A stretch of DNA of 64,000 bases from the human T2T-CHM13v2.0 reference genome, Homo sapiens. Numbering within the stretch: position 1 is the first letter of the stretch; every line of letters begins with the position of its first letter. The notes beneath the pieces were generated by a model that saw only the letters and a program-made list of their open reading frames with translations, did not search any database and was not told the DNA's origin. The stretch is taken from the NCBI RefSeq assembly GCF_009914755.1, contig NC_060926.1; one strand, written 5' to 3'. Of the stretch, positions 1 to 13,815 are shown in pieces. The position numbers and the translations under genes are program-made.

Positions 1-105
1 ATCCATGTCAGACTTCTGACCTACAGAACTGTGAGATGATAAATGTATTGTTTTAAGCCACTCATTTTCTGACAATTTTAAAAAGCAGCAATAGAAAAGC
101 AATAC
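1..105 (+). mobile_element. MLT1-family (MaLR) LTR 3' end, cut by window edge
   Basis: 'cagacttctgacctacagaactgtgagat...ttttaagccact...gcagcaatagaaaagcaatac' matches the MLT1 3' terminus. Confidence 0.75.
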
Positions 106-759
106 GATGCCTTTATGTTTTTTGAACTAACTTGTACTTCAAAAACCATGGCTACTCTAACAAGTTCATACACTATTTCAATAATTTGGCTCTGTAATAT
201 GTAGTTAAAAGGAATAAAAGGAGGCACATTGGTCTGCATGTTATTGTTATTTTCTTTGGAGAAAAACTCTGTTAATCCATGTGGCAGAATATGTCACCTC
301 TTCTACCTTAAGGAGAAATGTGGCTTGGTGTGCAGGTAGAGGCTTTAGTGTCTGAATTCTTAGCTCTATTGGGAACAGACACAAACTTTCTAATTCACAT
401 GCTAAACTTTGTTGGCTGTCACTCCCTGTGTTTCCATTGCTTCCTGTGGCTGTGTCAAAGCCTCTTATAGCATCCACCCATCTTTGTAGCTGCTTTTAAT
501 TCAGAGACCGTATTTTGAGAAAGACTGAATCAAAAGATATTCAGAAAGAAAGTGATATCTTGAGATTACATAGTAAGATAAACATAGGCAGGAACCTTTT
601 TTTTTTTTCTCATATGCTTCAATGACGTTCTCAGAATTTGGGGTGAAAAATGTCTGAAATAAACAAAGCTATGTGGCATGAGAAGGTCTTGAAGGACTCC
701 GGAGTGGAAATGTACTGGCATTAGAAAACTGAGAGGAACAGTGATGGAGTTAACATTAG

Positions 760-880
760 ACTTTGAGTTTGAAATCCTAGAGACCAAGTTCTGGCTCGGT
801 CACTCACTACATGAGTAAACTTTGACAAGTCGTTTAACTTTTCTCAGTCTTCGTTCCTCGTCTTTAACATGGGAATATGA
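760..880 (+). mobile_element. MIR SINE fragment
   Basis: Core 'tttgacaagtcgtttaacttttctcagtcttcgttcctcgtctttaacatgggaat'. Confidence 0.65.
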
Positions 881-899
881 CGCTGACTTCCAGTTTCCA

Positions 900-2180
900 T
901 TTGGAGATACTATTATTTTACACAAGATTTTTGGCTTTCAACAAAAAATTACCAGCCCTGTTGAAAAGCAAGGAAAATAGAAAAACACTTCCAAGGGATG
1001 AAGCAACCAACAGAACCAGACCTAGGTATGGCAGAGATGTTGGAACTATATGGCAGGGAATTACAAATCATGATTATAATTTAAATGGTTCTGATGGAAA
1101 AGGCAGATGGCATGCAAGCTCGCATGATTAGTTACAGCAGAGAGATAAGAACTGTAAGGTAAAACTAAATGCTAAATGGAAATGCTAAAAATGTAAAACA
1201 TGGTAACCAGATGAAGAATGCCTCTGATAAATATATCAGTAGAATGAACTTAGCCAAGGAAAGAATCAATGAGCTTAAAGATAGGTCAATACAAATTATC
1301 CATCTGAAAAAAAAAAAAAAGGAAAAATAAAGGAAACAAAAACAAAATTATAAAAGAACATCCAAGAGCTGTATTCTAATATATATGCAATTAAAATTCT
1401 AGAAGGAAAAGAGAAAAGCAGAACAGGATAGGAAAACTATTTTAAGAAATTATGGCTGAATTTTTTTTCGGAATTAATAAGCATGAAGTCACAGATCCAA
1501 GAAGCTCTTTGGATAGAAGAGAAGTTAATACTAGGCAGAAACTTGGATCTATGCAAATGAAATGTCAGAAATGGAATAAATGAAGGTTTTTTTTCATATT
1601 TCTAATTATTCTAAAAATATCTGATGATTTAAAGCAAAATATATAGTGTGTTTATGACATTTGTAAAAATAAAATATGTGATGATATTAGCACAAAAGAT
1701 CAGAGGAGATAATTTGGAATGTATACTTGTAAAAACCTCACACTGGATGTGAAGTGGTATGTTAAAATTTGAAGGTAGATTCTGCTTAATAAAAAACATC
1801 TAAATCCTGGAGCAACCACACACTTTTAAACAAAAGATAAATAATGAATCAATAAAGAAAGTAAAACAGAATCACAAACAAGTTCTCATTTAATGCAAAG
1901 CAGAGCAGAAGTTTTAAAAAGGAATAAAAAACATATGACACAAATAGAAAATAGCTAGTTAATTTATCCCTATCTACAATCTTAACAAATGCGAATGGTC
2001 TTAACACATCAATTAAAAAAAGAGATTTTTAGATGAGATAAAAAGGTAAGATACAATACCCTATCTATAAGAAACAACTTAAATTTGAAGAGATAGATAG
2101 ATTTTTTTAAAAAGATAGAAAAAAAATAAGCCAAAAGGAAGACAGGATATCTATGCTAATATCAGATAAAGTCAACTTTA
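900..2180 (+). mobile_element. Ancient L1M fragment (ORF1 to start of ORF2, decayed)
   Basis: A-rich. 'ggaaagaatcaatgagcttaaagataggtcaat', 'cacagatccaagaagctc' and 'ctaatatcagataaagtcaacttt' are typical L1M ORF1/endonuclease remnants. Confidence 0.7.
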
Positions 2181-2319
2181 TCTCTGAGTTATGTGAGCTA
2201 TTCACCAGTATTAACTTAAAAAATCTATCATGAAACCATCATATTTAGAGGAGTTCATTCAGCATGATGGGAAGCAATGGCTAAAGACTCAGTATTTCTT
2301 GTACTTCATAATACTGTCT

Positions 2320-2455
2320 CAAGCCTCACATCCTTTTCAAATGTTTGAAGTAGTTTTCGCATTTCCCAGATGATGAAAATAAAGCACAGAGTAGGTAAGC
2401 ATTTTGCCCCAGAGTGGATAACCAATCACTAATATGTGACAGAACCGGGATCTTA
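2320..2455 (-). mobile_element. MIR fragment
   Basis: 'catttcccagatgatgaaaataaagcacagagtaggtaagcattttgccc...gacagaaccgggat'. Confidence 0.55.
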
Positions 2456-2717
2456 ATTACCGTGCTATCTTCTTTACAAAAGAGTTTCTGTAAGTATAAT
2501 GCTGCTTTCCACCTCTGGGGGAACATTAAAAACAATAAAGCCCAATTCTCGAAGACAAGCTTTCTTTTGGATGGGTGGGTATTGCTTCAGTTCTTTTAAA
2601 GGCCTTGATTTCACCCGCCTCTTTCAAGAGAGTAAGACATTTATCTGTATCATACCCAAGGGAGAGTCCCTGCTACAATACAGGTTGTGGCATTATAGAA
2701 GACTAAAGTAGGAGTGA

Positions 2718-2766
2718 CATAGAAGATAAGTATATCCAAGTATATCCATAGAAGATAAGTATATCC
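2718..2766. repeat. Short local duplication: catagaagataagtatatcc x2 with a partial copy between
   Basis: Identical 20-mers at 2718-2737 and 2747-2766. Confidence 0.9.
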
Positions 2767-2857
2767 TGGACGTCAGCACATCCAGGAGGAGGCAGAGAAG
2801 CAACAGGTCAGGTAACTTGCCCAGACAGTCTCAGCCATTAATTTCAGAACAGGACTA

Positions 2858-3212
<355 letters not shown>

Positions 3213-3373
3213 CCAAATACAATACATCACTGTTTCCTCTTCCCCTCCTTACAATTATTTGTAGCTGTAACTCTGTAACACCAAGAAAAAACTCAGTTCA
3301 AATGAGTAGCACTAGCCAAAGGAGACCACTTGTAAAACAAAATATATCCTAATCATTCATTTATGAGATGATT

Positions 3374-3439
3374 GTAAGGACCCATTTACAAGATCATGGA
3401 GTAAGGACCCATTTACAAGATCATGGAGCAAGGGCCCAT
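3374..3439. repeat. 27-bp tandem duplication (2 perfect copies plus a diverged partial)
   Basis: gtaaggacccatttacaagatcatgga at 3374-3400 and 3401-3427. Confidence 0.95.
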
Positions 3440-5820
3440 AAAACTTGCCAGTATCTGAAGTGTAGTTTTAATGTTGGTCTTTTAAGCCTTTTTTTTTTTT
3501 TCTGTTGGGAATTGCCTTCAGAATTCCAGTCTCTTAACCAACTATCCACAACCCAGCAACAACGTGGACTCTCAGAGTTTGAGGCACCAGGACTTTCTAA
3601 TTCCTAGTTCCTTTCTCTATAGGAAATTGTACCTCTTGGGCAGTGTTACCCTGAGAAGAGAGTGAGACTTGGGGAATGTGCCCACAGCTCAGTGCTGGCC
3701 TTGAGGACAGTATGTATTCCAAGACAGAGAATGAAGTTAAGTGTACTCTTAAGGCAGTATTTCGTACTTGTCCCTGTTCCTCAACTTAAGAGTAATGGAT
3801 TAATCTTTTCTGAAAGTTTTTCATAAATAGGACAAAGAAATTTAAATATACTCTTAAATATCTCCTTTTGTGCAAATCTAAAATCAGTTAACCTTTCTAT
3901 AAAAACTTGGTGATGGAAGATCATAGTCCAGTATACAGTATTGGGTTGTTTGTTCCATTTTAAAAAATCAATTTTATTTTTCCTGGAACTAACATACTGA
4001 GGGGTAAAATCTTGAGATTCTGATGAGTTTTAGTGAAATGTGTCTGCATTAAACTTTAGATTGGTTAAAACAAAATGACAGGAAGCCTATATACATTATT
4101 ACACATGGAGAAAATCAATCTAGTTTTTTCAAAAGTTTACATTTGATGAGTTTTGATCTTATCATTCGAAATGCCATATAAAAATTTTATTATTAAAATA
4201 GAATCCAGTAAACCAAGCAAAAAGAACAAAACAGTACAGTATAACAATGCAAATGTTTAGAAAACAGGGAACTCTCTTAACATTCAAATTCAAGCTTAGA
4301 TATGGCCAAGGTGACAAACTATTTCTGTTTGCTAAAAAAGATTATTTTTAGCACTTGTTGGCTTTAAAAGATGGTCTCCTTGCTTTTAGGCTGCCCCCAT
4401 GTGTTCTGATGGTATCAGTGTTTGTCCAAATTGTGTACCAGAAATTCTTTTTCCTTCCATTTAAAATAAAGTATGGATTTTCAATCAGTACACAAGAGAA
4501 AACTGGACTTGAAGGCAGAAAAATTTTGTGGATGACCTAGCTCTGCTACATAGAATTTATATGGATTTTTAAATACAATTATTTCCTTTATTTAATTTCC
4601 TTTGGCTTCAGAGTTTTCAGCTAGGAAATGGAGATGATAATATCTGTCATGATTGACTCACAAGGATGTGATGATCAAATAATTTAATATATTAGATAAC
4701 ACTTGATAACACCTTACGAAACACACGCTAGTTACCAATATAAAAGTGAGACTGACTTTTTTTCTGTAAGTGGAAACTACTGCATTGTAATACAGTGTAC
4801 TATAGAACACACTGGATGGATGTCCTTTGATTCTTTTTTTGTTTTTCTAATATCTAATTTTGCGACTTAGCAAATCAAATCAATTTTCCATAAAATAGAT
4901 GACTAAAGAACCTCTATCAGCGATTTTAGATTAAAAAAAAATCCCTCTTAAATTTTTTTTTTCTTGATGCACTACTAGTCAGAAAACACTTGGATTCCAG
5001 GTCTATAACGCAACTAACATGGAAACATTTAATCTCTGCACAGCTTGGTTTCCTTATGGACGATATCTTCCAGCTTTGATAACCAGTGATTTTAAGAAAT
5101 CTGTGACGCAATCCACATAATTTACTGCACCTTTAAAAATGAAAATATTCATAGTAAAAATGAATTAGAGTTTTCACAGAAGGAAGGGAATACAGTTTAA
5201 TAACTCAAAGAACCCAAAACATTTCCTTAAAAAAAAAAAAATGTTTTACAGTTTCTGAAGTATATGAGTCAAATTTAGTTTTAATATCAATCATCACAGA
5301 ATATTGCTTGATTGAAATTTCAGTAATTTATATTTGTGTTTAATTGAAAATTCTAAGAAAATGGAAAAGCCAACATAAAATATATTCTATAATTAACTCA
5401 ATGTTATTAAATCATTTTGTTTTCTCTAATGATTAAGTAGAATGTCTTAAATTGTTTTCTAATTCTTAAGAGAAACAGTGATTTATAACCACCAACTTAA
5501 TTTTATTAGATACCAAAAATGTTTTCAGACTTGGACATCACAAGCCTTGACAATAGCAATTTGATATTTGCTGATCATTGTTGGTTTCTTCGAAAAGCTT
5601 ATGTGGAATATTCAATAATCAATTCTTTAAAATGCAATGTTTTGTGAACAAGTAGCATGACTAATACATGATTTGTCTACACCATTAAAAATTTTAATTT
5701 TCTTTTTGCATCCCAATCCCTATGGCTTTCAATTAAGTCTTATAGAAAAGGAATGGTGTTTCTTGTATACAATGAAATAGAGGATTGAATCAACTCATGT
5801 ACAGGAGTTAATTTACATGA

Positions 5821-5914
5821 TTAAGAATGCTAATAAAATACCCGAAATTACTACACTGATTTGTGGATTAAGAAGGCTAATAAAATACCGGAAATTACTA
5901 CACTGATTTGTGGA
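5821..5914. repeat. 47-bp tandem duplication (2 mismatches)
   Basis: ttaagaa(t/g)gctaataaaatacc(c/g)gaaattactacactgatttgtgga at 5821-5867 and 5868-5914. Confidence 0.95.
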
Positions 5915-6399
5915 AATTGGTGAATAAAAAGTCAGGTTCAAAAAGCTTAGTTTGCTGCAGCTGATATTAAGCCTATATTAACATTTTGATAGGCCACTAC
6001 AAGATACAGAGCAATATCATCAGAGTTGCTTTGCTCTTTATAAGGTCATTTTATAGTACTGAGACAGAAATAATTGTAATAAATTACTGGCACAATGTGT
6101 TTCTAGTAATTTAGAAAATGTTCCGGTATTTGAATAGAAATATAATCAGGATTCAGGCGCAGCTATATTGGTCTGTAAAACCGGATTAAAGCAATCAATC
6201 TGTTATCAAAAATCTCTGTCGGAAGATTATTAGGACCACCCAATTCACCGTTTCAATTCTAATGACCATTTGCCCTAGACAGTAGAATAGATAGGTGGAG
6301 AAAGTGAGCTTCCAATTTACATGACTTTCCAAACACCTTAATGCCTTTGCGTAAACATCACTGGCAATTTTTTTTAAGTTAAAAAATCGGCAAAATGGA

Positions 6400-8400
6400 A
6401 AGACAGCGGTGGTCCTTTGACCCTGTTCCGCTGGGGCAGGGATCGGGAGGGTGGGGATTGAGACTTCACTTAAGAGCTGCTTCAAGGAGTGCACAGAAAC
6501 CACAGCGGGCCTTTTCTGAACCATTTGCTATACCCGCAGCGAAGGGACGCTTAAGGAGGAAGTGCCTGTGGAGCTGAGAAAGCGTTATTTCATCGCGGAA
6601 TACAAATAATTCAGGTCTCTAGATGGCAGCCTTCAATGCCTTTGGAAAGCAGTCTCTCTCCTCCTCCGCCACCCCCACCTCCCCTCCCACCGCATCTCGG
6701 CTCCTTGGCAATGTAGTATCACTCCATGTGTGCCCTGGCCAGTGGATATTGGGTTTTGCTGCTCTCCAAGAATCCGAACTTAAAGTGTTTATTCTAGGGC
6801 CTGGTGCTCTGCTCTGGAAGCTACCTACCTACCTGCTTGGGGAAAAGAGGGAGTAGGGATGGCACGAAGAGCCACGCTAAGCCGCTGCCCAGGAGAGGTG
6901 GGGCTGCGCCGCAGCCAGGACACCCTCTCCCTGGGAGCAACAGCATCCTTGGCTCCCGGCGCGAGCGCTCCGCGCCCAGCGAGCGCAAAGAGCGCAAAGG
7001 CCACCTGCCCGGCTGGGGGAGCAGGCCCAGCACCACCGCCCCGATTTACCCAGACATTTATGGGAAAGACATAAAAATCTCAGGTTCTTAATTTCGCAAA
7101 GGACTGAGTTAGAAGGAGTGTGGAACAGGGGCAAAAAAGAGACAGGAGAAAGAAACACACCCCGAAAAACACGTTACTCGCACCCGGCAGCGCCTGGGGT
7201 GGCGTCCGTGACCTACCCCGGTGTGGGGGACGAGCAAAACCAAAGGTGTTAAAGAAGGAACTCGCAGACTGGCAGGGGGTGTGGGGACGGTGGAGGACTG
7301 TGGGACTGCAGGGGACCTAGGTGTTTTCTGCCCTGTCTTAAGATCTCGCTTTGGGGGCAGTCTAGGTGTCGGTCGGGGGTGAGGGACAATCTTCCCCACC
7401 CCAGCAGCCCCAGACACCCGCCCAGGTCAAGGTGGAAGGAAAGCGGGGGTACTTTGCCCTAGCCCGGTTCCCTCCTGTTTTAGACCTTGGAATCTGTCTC
7501 TCCACAAGGTGTGAAACCTCTCCAAGCTGTGTCCGCGGAAAGTCCGGCTCCTGGCTCCACCTAGGGCAGAGCAGACCTCCGTCCCTGGGCCTTAGAGGCG
7601 GGCACGGGGCTGACCCCCAACCCGTGCCACTCCAGCGCACAGGCCCCACTCAGCATCGCGCCCTGTGGGGCAGTTGACAGGGTCCCCTGTAGCTCCAGCG
7701 AGGCTGGGCCGGACTTATTTACAAGTGCAGTGACCCCTGTCTCCTCGCTGGGAGCCCCGTGCAAACCGAAGCGCTCTGGGGCAAGTTGGTGAGCGACTCA
7801 CAACGCGGAACGGAGTTTGATCGACATGGTATTGGGCATAGAAAGAAGCGGGTCTTACCTTGGTACCGAGAGCAGGGAGTTGCCATCCATTGTTGGTGGG
7901 CGCCCAGAGAAGAAAGACGGAAAGTGCAGGCGAAGGATAAGTCTGTGGTGCTAGGACCCAGCTCCCAGAGTGCCAGACTGGCGCGCGCCAGGAGAGAGGC
8001 GCGCAGGCTGGGGCGGCGGCGGCGCCCACGGAGACTAGCTCCTCCCTGGCCAGCAAGCTCTGTGCGCTGCGACCGCCCGCTGTCCCCTCCCGCCGTCCTC
8101 TCTGATCTTGCAGGAGCGCGTGGCCAACGCTCCCACCTTTCTGCCTGGCTCCTGCCTCCTGCAGGCGGGCCCCAGTCTCAGTTGCTCGAGGATCCTGCTC
8201 TATCGCTCATTCGTGCCCAGAAGCATAGGTGACTCCGACAAAATTCCTCTCTCCCCAACCACCATCGTCTCCCCTCCCTTTCTCGCTGGCGTACAGTAGG
8301 TCTGAGCCCTGAAGTTGTTCACGCACTTTCCCACATTCACGCCCTCACTCCTGGCAATGCCGACACTCCCCACTGGTTGCGCGCCACTCCTCTGGCTTCC
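6400..8400. promoter_or_regulatory. SPHKAP: CpG island / SPHKAP promoter and first exon region
   Basis: Abrupt rise in GC and CpG (gcgcgcgcc, ggcggcggcggcgcc, GC boxes) against an AT-rich background. Encloses the start codon. Boundaries approximate and TSS not determinable. Confidence 0.9.
7859..7890 (-). CDS. SPHKAP: First coding exon (32 nt) of SPHK1-interactor/AKAP-domain protein (SKIP): MDGNSLLSVP+AG
   Basis: Minus strand reads ccaacaATGGATGGCAACTCCCTGCTCTCGGTACCAAG|gtaaga: strong Kozak (A-3, G+4), consensus donor, inside a CpG island. Peptide matches the recalled SPHKAP N-terminus MDGNSLLSVPS. Confidence 0.92.
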
Positions 8401-9481
8401 TGTGTCGATTTCATTTTTGTTTGTGGTCTACCATGTTATGGTCGATCACTCAGAACGATGCTGGCTTTGACCTCCTAAGTCTTTTCCCTTTATTTGGACT
8501 TTCTCTCTTGGTTTTGGTTTTCACGTTTCTTTAACTCATTTTGCTTAACTGTGACTTAGTCTTCTCTCTCTTCTGTTAGAACCGTGTGCGCACATAGAAA
8601 TCTCAAAACCTATGAGAGCGGCCATCCATCCGAGGACAGCACTCAGAACCTGGGAGGGAGAGCTGTCACAAACTTCCCCAGTTGACGGCTGGGTATCCCC
8701 CTGAGCAAAAAGGACAGTTTTCTTAAGAAGAAAGACACTGATAGTAGCAAATATCTGCTAAAATGAGGGCGCTGTTGAATCTGCTTCTTTTTCCAATTAA
8801 AAAACAAATTAAAAATAAAATTTGGGACTTCCACAAATGGGAAGGTTGAGCCAATGTACTTTTAGCTATTCCTCCTAGTAAGTACAACGAAATCCCCCGG
8901 ATATTATCTCTGAAACAGGCATGAGAAAAAGGTGGACAGAAGAATGCAGACCAGCTAGAGATCCTGGGACTCAAGGCTTGGCATGATGATGGGTTCCTGA
9001 GGTTCTCCCAGACTTTGGCTGAAGAAGATGACAACCCAGAAATGTCAAGGGGCAGAGACAGGAAAAGCCTTGACAAAGGACTCCTCTTTCTAGCCAAAGG
9101 ATCAGGAGAGAAGCAGCTTAGCAAGATGGAAAATTTACACACAATAATAGCTCCACTGTGGCCAAACACCATGAGAAAAAACCTGTGGACCTTTTTCAAC
9201 TACACCATCAAAGGCCAAGTAGGGAGCCTACATTTCACCATCTGTAGGCTCTAAGGATGTAAGTCAGTCCCCTGGGCGAGGTGGTGTCAGAGGAGACTAA
9301 GTAGGGACCAGGACTTTCATCCCCTCCAAACACTGGCCGCACTCTCCTCTTCATGTCTCGTTTCCCCCGTCATGGTGCCAAGAAGAGCTTGAACTTCCAC
9401 ATCCACACAGAAATAATGAAGTCCCCTTCCCATTCCACACATACAGGTGGCATTAAGGCAAAGTAGGGAGCCAGGACTTTT

Positions 9482-9906
9482 TAAAAAATATTTTTTATTT
9501 CCATAGATTTTTGGGGAGCAGGTGGTATTTGGTTACTTAAGTTCTTTAGTGGTGATTTGTGAGGTTTTGGTGCACCCATTACCTGAGCAGTATACCCTGA
9601 ACCCAATTTGCAGTCTTTTATCACTTACCCCCTTCCCACACTTTCCCCTGAGTCCCCAAAGTCTATTGTAGCATTCTTATGCCTTTGCATCCTCACAGCT
9701 TAGCTCCCACTTACGAGCGAGAACATATGTTTGGTTTTCCATTCCTGAGTTACTTCACAAAGAATAATAGTCTCGTGTTCCATCCAAATTGCTAAAAATG
9801 CCATTAATTCATTCCTTTTTATGACTGAGTAGTATTCCATCATATATATGTATAGCAGAATTTCTTTATCCACTCGTTGATTGATGGGCATTTGGGCTGG
9901 TTCCAT
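9482..9906 (-). mobile_element. L1PB1-like 3' fragment
   Basis: 'ggtgatttgtgaggttttggtgcacccattacctgagcag...gagtccccaaagtc'. TSD ggga(g/t)ccaggactttt at 9466-9481 and 9907-9922. Confidence 0.85.
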
Positions 9907-12536
9907 GGGATCCAGGACTTTTAATCCTAACAAGGAGTAGCAGCACCGCTTCTTCACCTTGGTATCAGTGGAGCTTGTACTTTCACATCCACAGAGCAGT
10001 AATCGGCACCCCCCCCCCGCCCCGCCCCACTTCCACTCTACACTGAAGCAGTGTCAGAGGAATTGTTGTGGAGAGTCAAAAACCATAGTTCAGAAGTAAT
10101 AAGGCCCTGTGTGTGTCCCCTGCCCCCCACTCCCAATCACAGAAGGCCACATGGGAAGCAGGAACTGGGTACTCCTACCACTCTTAGCCAGAGAGATATC
10201 AGTGCAGGCCTAGTGAGGACCCTGAACTCCCACCCACCCTTGCTTCACAGTAATGAATGCCACTACCTGTTTTTCAAGTGTCAACAAAAGCCAAGTGAGG
10301 AGCCCAGACTTCTAACCCCACTCGGTAGTGATGAGGCAGTGCTGCCCTTATTTTCCTTGCCTTACAGGAGAAGTGTCAAGAGAATCCGTCTAAAACAGCT
10401 CTTTAAATAAAATTCAGAATGTTCTAACATAATGCCCCAAATAAGCAGCCTTTAATAGAAAATTATTTGTCATATTAAGAATCAGATCTGAATGAGAATC
10501 AACACAAAACAAAACAATCAATTGATACTAAATAACATGGAAATGACAGGGATGTTAAATGTATCTGTCAAAGATTTTAAAGCAGCCATGATAAAAATAA
10601 TTTAATAAGTAATATAAAAAAAATAGAAAGTCAGCCCCTAAAATATCTAAGCAAATATAAGTAGAAGATGTAAAGAAAAACTAAGTGGAGATTTTAGAAG
10701 TGAAAAATACAGTAACCAAAATAAAACACAAACTGTTTTATTAGTTGGAGAGAAACATCACTTTACCCATAAGGGAAATATAGTTCAAAAACAGTGGATT
10801 TCCCACTAGAAGCCATGGAGGACTGAAGTAATTGACAACATTTTTCAGGTGTGGAGGAAGACAACTATGAACACAGAATCTTATGTCTAATAAAAATACT
10901 CATTAGAAATGAAGATGAAAATGGTATAGAATTCCAGCAGAGCTCTCCTAAAAGAATGATTAAAGGAAATTCTCTAGACACCAATGAAACTGTCTTTACA
11001 GTTTCAGGCATCTTAGAATATCAGGAAAGAAGAAAACAGTAAGAAAAATTTGAAAGATACAACAGAATTTCTTCTTTTGAGTTTCCTAAACTACATTTGA
11101 AAATCAAAGGAAAGATTATGACTTTGATATGCTTCTAAATATAGAGAAAGCATTTAAGACAATTATATTAAAGGGAGAAGGGTAAAGGGTGTAACAAGTA
11201 AAGTTTACACATTTTGCTCAAACTGGCAAATTGACAACACCAATAAACTATAAATTTATATATACATATACATACATATATACACATACATACATACACA
11301 TATATATAACATGCATAGAAATTATAAAGCTATGCACATAGATATACTCAAAAATAATACAGGTTAAATCAATCAAATTGGTTTTATTGATTTAAAAAAT
11401 TTTTTATTTTAATCATTTAAATGATTTTTATCATTTTAAGATTTTAAAAAATGTTTAACCCATAGTAAAGGAGGAAAAAGGAAACAAAAACAAAAAAGGG
11501 AGAAAACAAACAGAAACAAAATAAAACCAAAAAAGGAGAAAACAAACAGAAACAACAAAATAAAACCCTGTCAATTTTGAGCTTAATGTACCAATGAGTA
11601 CATTAAATGTAAAGGGTCTAAATAGAATGATTTAAAGACAGAGATTGGCAGTGTGGATTAAAAATATGACCCAATTATGTGCTCTCTGTAACAAACAAAC
11701 AAAAGCCCCATAGGAAGATTGAAAGTAAAAGTGTGATAAAAGATATATTATGCAAACATTATTTAAAAGAAAGCACATGTGGCTATATTTATATAACATA
11801 CAATAGACCCCAGAGCAAGGAAAATTACCAGAGACAGAGAGGGAGATTATTTAATAATAAGAGGGTCAATCTACCAAGTAGACACAGCAACTTTAAATGT
11901 ATACACAGAAACAGCAGAGCTGCAAAACATATAAAACAACAGAATAATAGAACTAAAAAAAGAGACAAATCCAAAATTACATCTGAAGACTTTAACCACT
12001 TTTTCTCAACAGTTGATAAAACAACTAGTCAGAAAATTATTGAGACTACTGAAAGACTCAGCAACACCATCACCCAAAAGGATCAAATTGACATTTATAG
12101 AATATGCCACCTAAAAATAGAAAACACTTTTTTTAAGTGTCCATTGAACATACACCAAGATAAACCATATTTGGGGGCAAAAAGGAAATGTCAATAAATT
12201 AAAAATAATTGAAATCATATATGTAGTGTGTCCTCCAACTACAATGGGAACAAAAAGGAAATCAAGAACAGAAAGATAAGAGGAATATATTCAAATACTT
12301 GGAAACTAAACAACACCCATTTAAATAATCCATAGGTCAAAGAGGGGACCTCAAAGAAAATTTAAAAAATACATCTAATTCAATGAAGATGAAGATACAA
12401 CATATCAAAATTTCTGGGACATTATTACGCTACATACTAAGAGGAAACTTCTGGAAATTAAATACTTGACAAAAGACTAGCATCTAGAATATATTTTAAA
12501 AGCCTCTCAAAACTCAACTGTAAAAAAAAAAAAAAC

Positions 12537-12965
<429 letters not shown>

Positions 12966-13464
12966 TTAATTTTGTGTTGTTTCTTGTTAGAACGACAATG
13001 ATATTTCATTTTATACCTTTCAAAATGGCTAAAATTAAAAATATTTGCACAACCAAATGTTGACAAAGTTGTGGGAAAAACTGAGTCACTCATCCATTAC
13101 TGGTAAGAATATAAAATATTAAAATCACTCTGAAGTAGTTCGGCAATTTCATAAAAAAACTAAACATGCTAGAAGAATACGACCACACAGTTGCACTCCT
13201 GAGCATTTATCTCAGAGAAATTAAGCCTGTCCGTGAAATATTCTTACTCCAATGTTTATAGCCATTTTACTTGTAATAATCAAAACCTAGAAACAACAAA
13301 GACATCCCTCATTGGCATATAGTTAAACAAATTGGTATAGCCATTCCTTGGAATATTACTCAGCAATTAAAAACAACAACAACAAACTATCAATACATGA
13401 AATAACATGGATGAATCTCCAGAAAATTATGCTGAGTGAAAATAGTAATCCAGGTGGTTATATA

Positions 13465-13815
13465 ATTGCAAATATATAATAACATATATAAATATATGTA
13501 TATATTATGTAAATATATATTATATATATTACGTATATTACATATATTACATATATATTACATATATTACATATGTATTATATATTACATATAATGTATA
13601 ATATATATTATATATAATAATAAATAACATATAATATAGTATATATAAATATATACTATGTAATATAGTATATATAAATATATACTATGTAATATAGTAT
13701 ATATAAATATATACTATGTAATATAGTATATATTATGTAAATATATAATGATATATAATATTTGTATATATTATGTAAATATAATATATGTATATATATT
13801 TTACATATATATAAC
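13465..13815. repeat. AT-rich (TA)n low-complexity tract containing a 29-bp minisatellite
   Basis: 'actatg' recurs at 13655, 13684 and 13713. Confidence 0.9.

Noticed and set aside
3374-5914. 27-bp and 47-bp direct repeats as CRISPR-like arrays
   Set aside because: Only two head-to-tail copies, no spacers, no cas genes, eukaryotic context
7934-7956. REST/NRSE-like sequence (gtctgtggtgct), plus a GGACAGCAC half-site at ~8634
   Set aside because: About 13/21 match with the CTGTCC core broken. The other is only a half-site
6623-8299. Many overlapping 60-157 aa ORFs across the CpG island (e.g. 7759-8232 +, 7715-8056 -)
   Set aside because: Expected from stop-poor GC-rich DNA. Mostly non-ATG starts and no recognisable domains. 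The real exon is in another frame
10146-10157. 12-mer gccacatgggaa identical to the right flank of L1 copy A (possible distant TSD or transduction)
   Set aside because: 15 kb away, inside an L1MC 5'UTR, with no adjoining poly(T). A chance match is more likely
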